Below are positions 9,510 to 11,429 of a stretch of 11,429 bases of DNA, piece after piece. The notes beneath the pieces were generated by a model, which was not told where the DNA came from, did no database searches, and saw nothing but the letters and a program-made list of their open reading frames with translations. A program made the translations under genes and the position numbers. The stretch's first letter is position 1. Each line of letters opens with the position of its first letter. Location of the stretch: assembly GCA_965644315.1 (NCBI GenBank), contig CBFFRQ010000169.1:1-11429 (forward strand), read 5' to 3'. Source of the stretch: Caecitellus pseudoparvulus. Taxonomy: Eukaryota > Protista > Bigyra: Bicosoecida.

Positions 9510-10046
9510 CGATTTTGCCAAAGACAGCCTGAGACGGCCGGTCAGGGGGGGTGCCGCATCGGCCAAATCTTTCTCACAGGGCGCTCAAAATGCACGACAG
9601 AGGCAGGAAATCGCCTTCACGCGCGCGTGTGCGCCGGCGTCAGGGACTTGGCAAAGGCGGTTGGCGGGTCGGCTGTCTCAGCGGAACTTGGAGCCCAAAA
9701 AGGCCCACTTTAGAGGTGCCTCACGCGCCATCAAGAGCGAAGCAGCGCGCGCCAATGCAACCATCGGCATGTGCACATCGAACTTAGTACCCTCTGCGAT
9801 TTATGCGAAAATGGCCAGATTTTCGACCCTCGTTGGGGGGTGAGGGCGTGCCCCAGGCTGCCTCCACTACCACGCCATACCAGCCCCTTCCCATTGCGCG
9901 GCCCGCCGCGGCGCCCCCGGCACGAAACGCGTTTGACACAATGTTAACACAAAATAATGCCATTCCCCGCCATTCCCGACCTCTGAAACGCCCTGGGGGC
10001 GAATCTTGCCAGAGAGCCTGACCCGCCAACGACGTGGTTGCCAGGA
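9510..10046. repeat. Right subterminal region with ACCCGCCAAC and related motifs
   Basis: GTTGGCGGGT 9660-9669, ACCCGCCAAC 10021-10030, GTTGCCAGGA 10037-10046. Related strings TTGCCAAAGACAGCCTGA (~9515) and TTGCCAGAGAGCCTGA (~10006). Confidence 0.55.
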
Positions 10047-10074
10047 AAATCCAGTGGAAAAATTTTGATGACGG
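10021..10074 (-). repeat. Right imperfect terminal inverted repeat
   Basis: Reverse complement begins CCGTCAT and then ATTTTTCCA, like the left end, with the motif pair at the same offset. Followed by AA. Confidence 0.65.
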
Positions 10075-10252
10075 AAACCACTCTTCATCACAGTTCACAA
10101 TAATCAAAACACTCAAGCCAACGCACATTTGTTCAAACACGAACCACCAATTCACTCCAACCCGTCACCGTTCTTGGTGAGCGATTTCACCACTTTCCAT
10201 CGTTGCGCGGAGTTGCCGGGGCAGTGGACGCCGCAGTCTGCCCAGCACGGAC

Positions 10253-11344
10253 ATGGCTTCAGTTTGGCTGGCACGTTCCCTCACGTGAGTGCCTTTCCTT
10301 GACTGCACCCACCACACCGCAGCACCGAGGCGCGAATCTCCTCCATGTTTCCAGCTTGGTGGGCTTGTTGTATGCCGTGTACCGCAGCTTCAAGGTGCTC
10401 AAGCAGCCACCTGGGCCAGGCCACGATGCCGAGACCAATCGCATGCTCATGTTGTGGTGAGTCGGGGCTTCGGCCGGCAGAACGAGGACCAGCTTTGCAG
10501 CCACTGCGCCCTGTCTCATATTCACACAGGGTGACCCTTGCCTTCAACTCCATGTTCGAGCAGTACGGCGAGTTTGCCATCAGTTGGTGCGTGCTGCTGC
10601 CGTTCCCGAGCAATTTCCGCAACGCAACGTGGACACATTCCCCGCCCTCCTGCAGGGCGCCGTTTTACTATGAGCTCAAGTGCGGCGTTCTAGTGTGGTT
10701 GTTGCTTCCACAAAGCAGTGTGAGTGGCTTTACCGCGCCTTAGGCCTCCGCGGCGCTTGCTCTGCCCGGTTGTCACAAGCTCTTGCCTGGCGCCATCACA
10801 GGGGCCGGGGTGGGCGTTCAACACGCTGGTGCACCCTCTGGTGCAGCACTTGCGCGTGCGACTGCACCGCGACGTGAAGCCAGTTCTCGCCCGTGTCTCT
10901 GCAGATGGTCTAGTGGGGTCGCAGAGCCAGCTGCTGCAGAGCACCATGTCTGGCTTGGGCGTGCAGCAGCTAAAACACGTGGAAGAGGTGCTGGCAGCCC
11001 AGGTGCAGGCGCTGAAGGCAGAGCGGGCACGGCGTGCGCAGGGTGGTGCTGTGCCTGGCGCTGCCCTGCTGGCTGAGGCTACTCCGCCGGGGGACGCCCT
11101 GCCGCCGCCCAGACCTGCCGTGCGATCTCGCAGTGCCTCTCTGAGCGAAGCCACGCCTCCTGCTCCAGGAAAGGCTGGGGAGGACACGACTGTGCCTCCA
11201 CCGCCATTGCCACAACAGGGGGGCGAGAGCTTTTTCGACGCTCTGTCCACGGCAGGCAGTCGCCTCGCCTCTGACCTGGGTCTGGCAAGGCCCAGCACCG
11301 CTGTGCCGCAGCAAGGCGAGGCGGAGAGCAAAAAGGACAGGTGA
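10253..11344 (+). CDS. HVA22/TB2-DP1 (REEP/Yop1) family membrane protein; exons 10253-10284, 10355-10456, 10530-10586, 10656-10719, 10802-11344
   Basis: Four GT-AG introns (70, 73, 69, 82 nt; donors GTGAGT x3 and GTGCGT) splice in frame to MASVWLARSLTLVGLLYAVYRSFKVLK...RMLMLWVTLAFNSMFEQYGEFAISWAPFYYELKCGVLVWLLLPQSSGPGWAFNTLVHPL, the family pattern (Y-x-S-x-K, L-x-x-W-V, W-x-PFYYE-x-K, WL-x-LP, G-x-x-x-x-x-x-x-x-x-x-P). The 3' end may continue through a further intron (AG|GTGAAT at 11341 to ATGTAG at 11416). Confidence 0.9.
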
Positions 11345-11429
11345 ATGCACTTGCTGCGTGCGCTTTGCCATACTTTTCATTGCACTTCAACCGCCAAGCA
11401 TGTCAGCTTCATGTAGCTGTGGCAGCTTC

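Larger units (their letters stand above)
2472..10074. mobile_element. ~7.6-kb Plavaka/CMC(EnSpm)-like DNA transposon carrying a DDE transposase and a divergent tyrosine-recombinase-like gene
   Basis: Left end AA|CCGTCATGAGATTTTCCA. Right end TGGAAAAATTTTGATGACGG|AA (reverse complement CCGTCATCAAAATTTTTCCA). AA at 2470-2471 and 10075-10076 fits a 2-bp TSD. GTTG(C/G)CGGGT starts 45 and 44 nt inside the two ends. Transposase inside, host genes outside. Confidence 0.72.

Overview
GC-rich eukaryotic (probably protist) genomic DNA with short GT-AG introns. Two host genes point away from each other. On the left is a minus-strand gene (<1..2069) encoding a degenerate kinase-like domain and 38-aa ankyrin-type repeats; it is missing from the ORF track because it runs off the window without a stop. 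On the right is a 5-exon HVA22/REEP/Yop1-family gene (10253..11344). Between them lies a ~7.6-kb DNA transposon (2472..10074) with imperfect ~55-bp terminal inverted repeats (5'-CCGTCAT), an apparent 2-bp AA target duplication and a repeated ACCCGCCAAC motif. It carries two divergent genes: a Plavaka-like (CMC/EnSpm-related) DDE transposase with an N-terminal C2HC zinc finger (6120..9499, one frame break), and a large disrupted gene (~5945..3077, minus) whose C-terminal part shows tyrosine-recombinase motifs in the right order. A DDE transposase plus a divergent tyrosine recombinase, with arm-6 bp-arm sites near both ends, is the main finding. All family calls come from motif recognition by eye; no searches were run.
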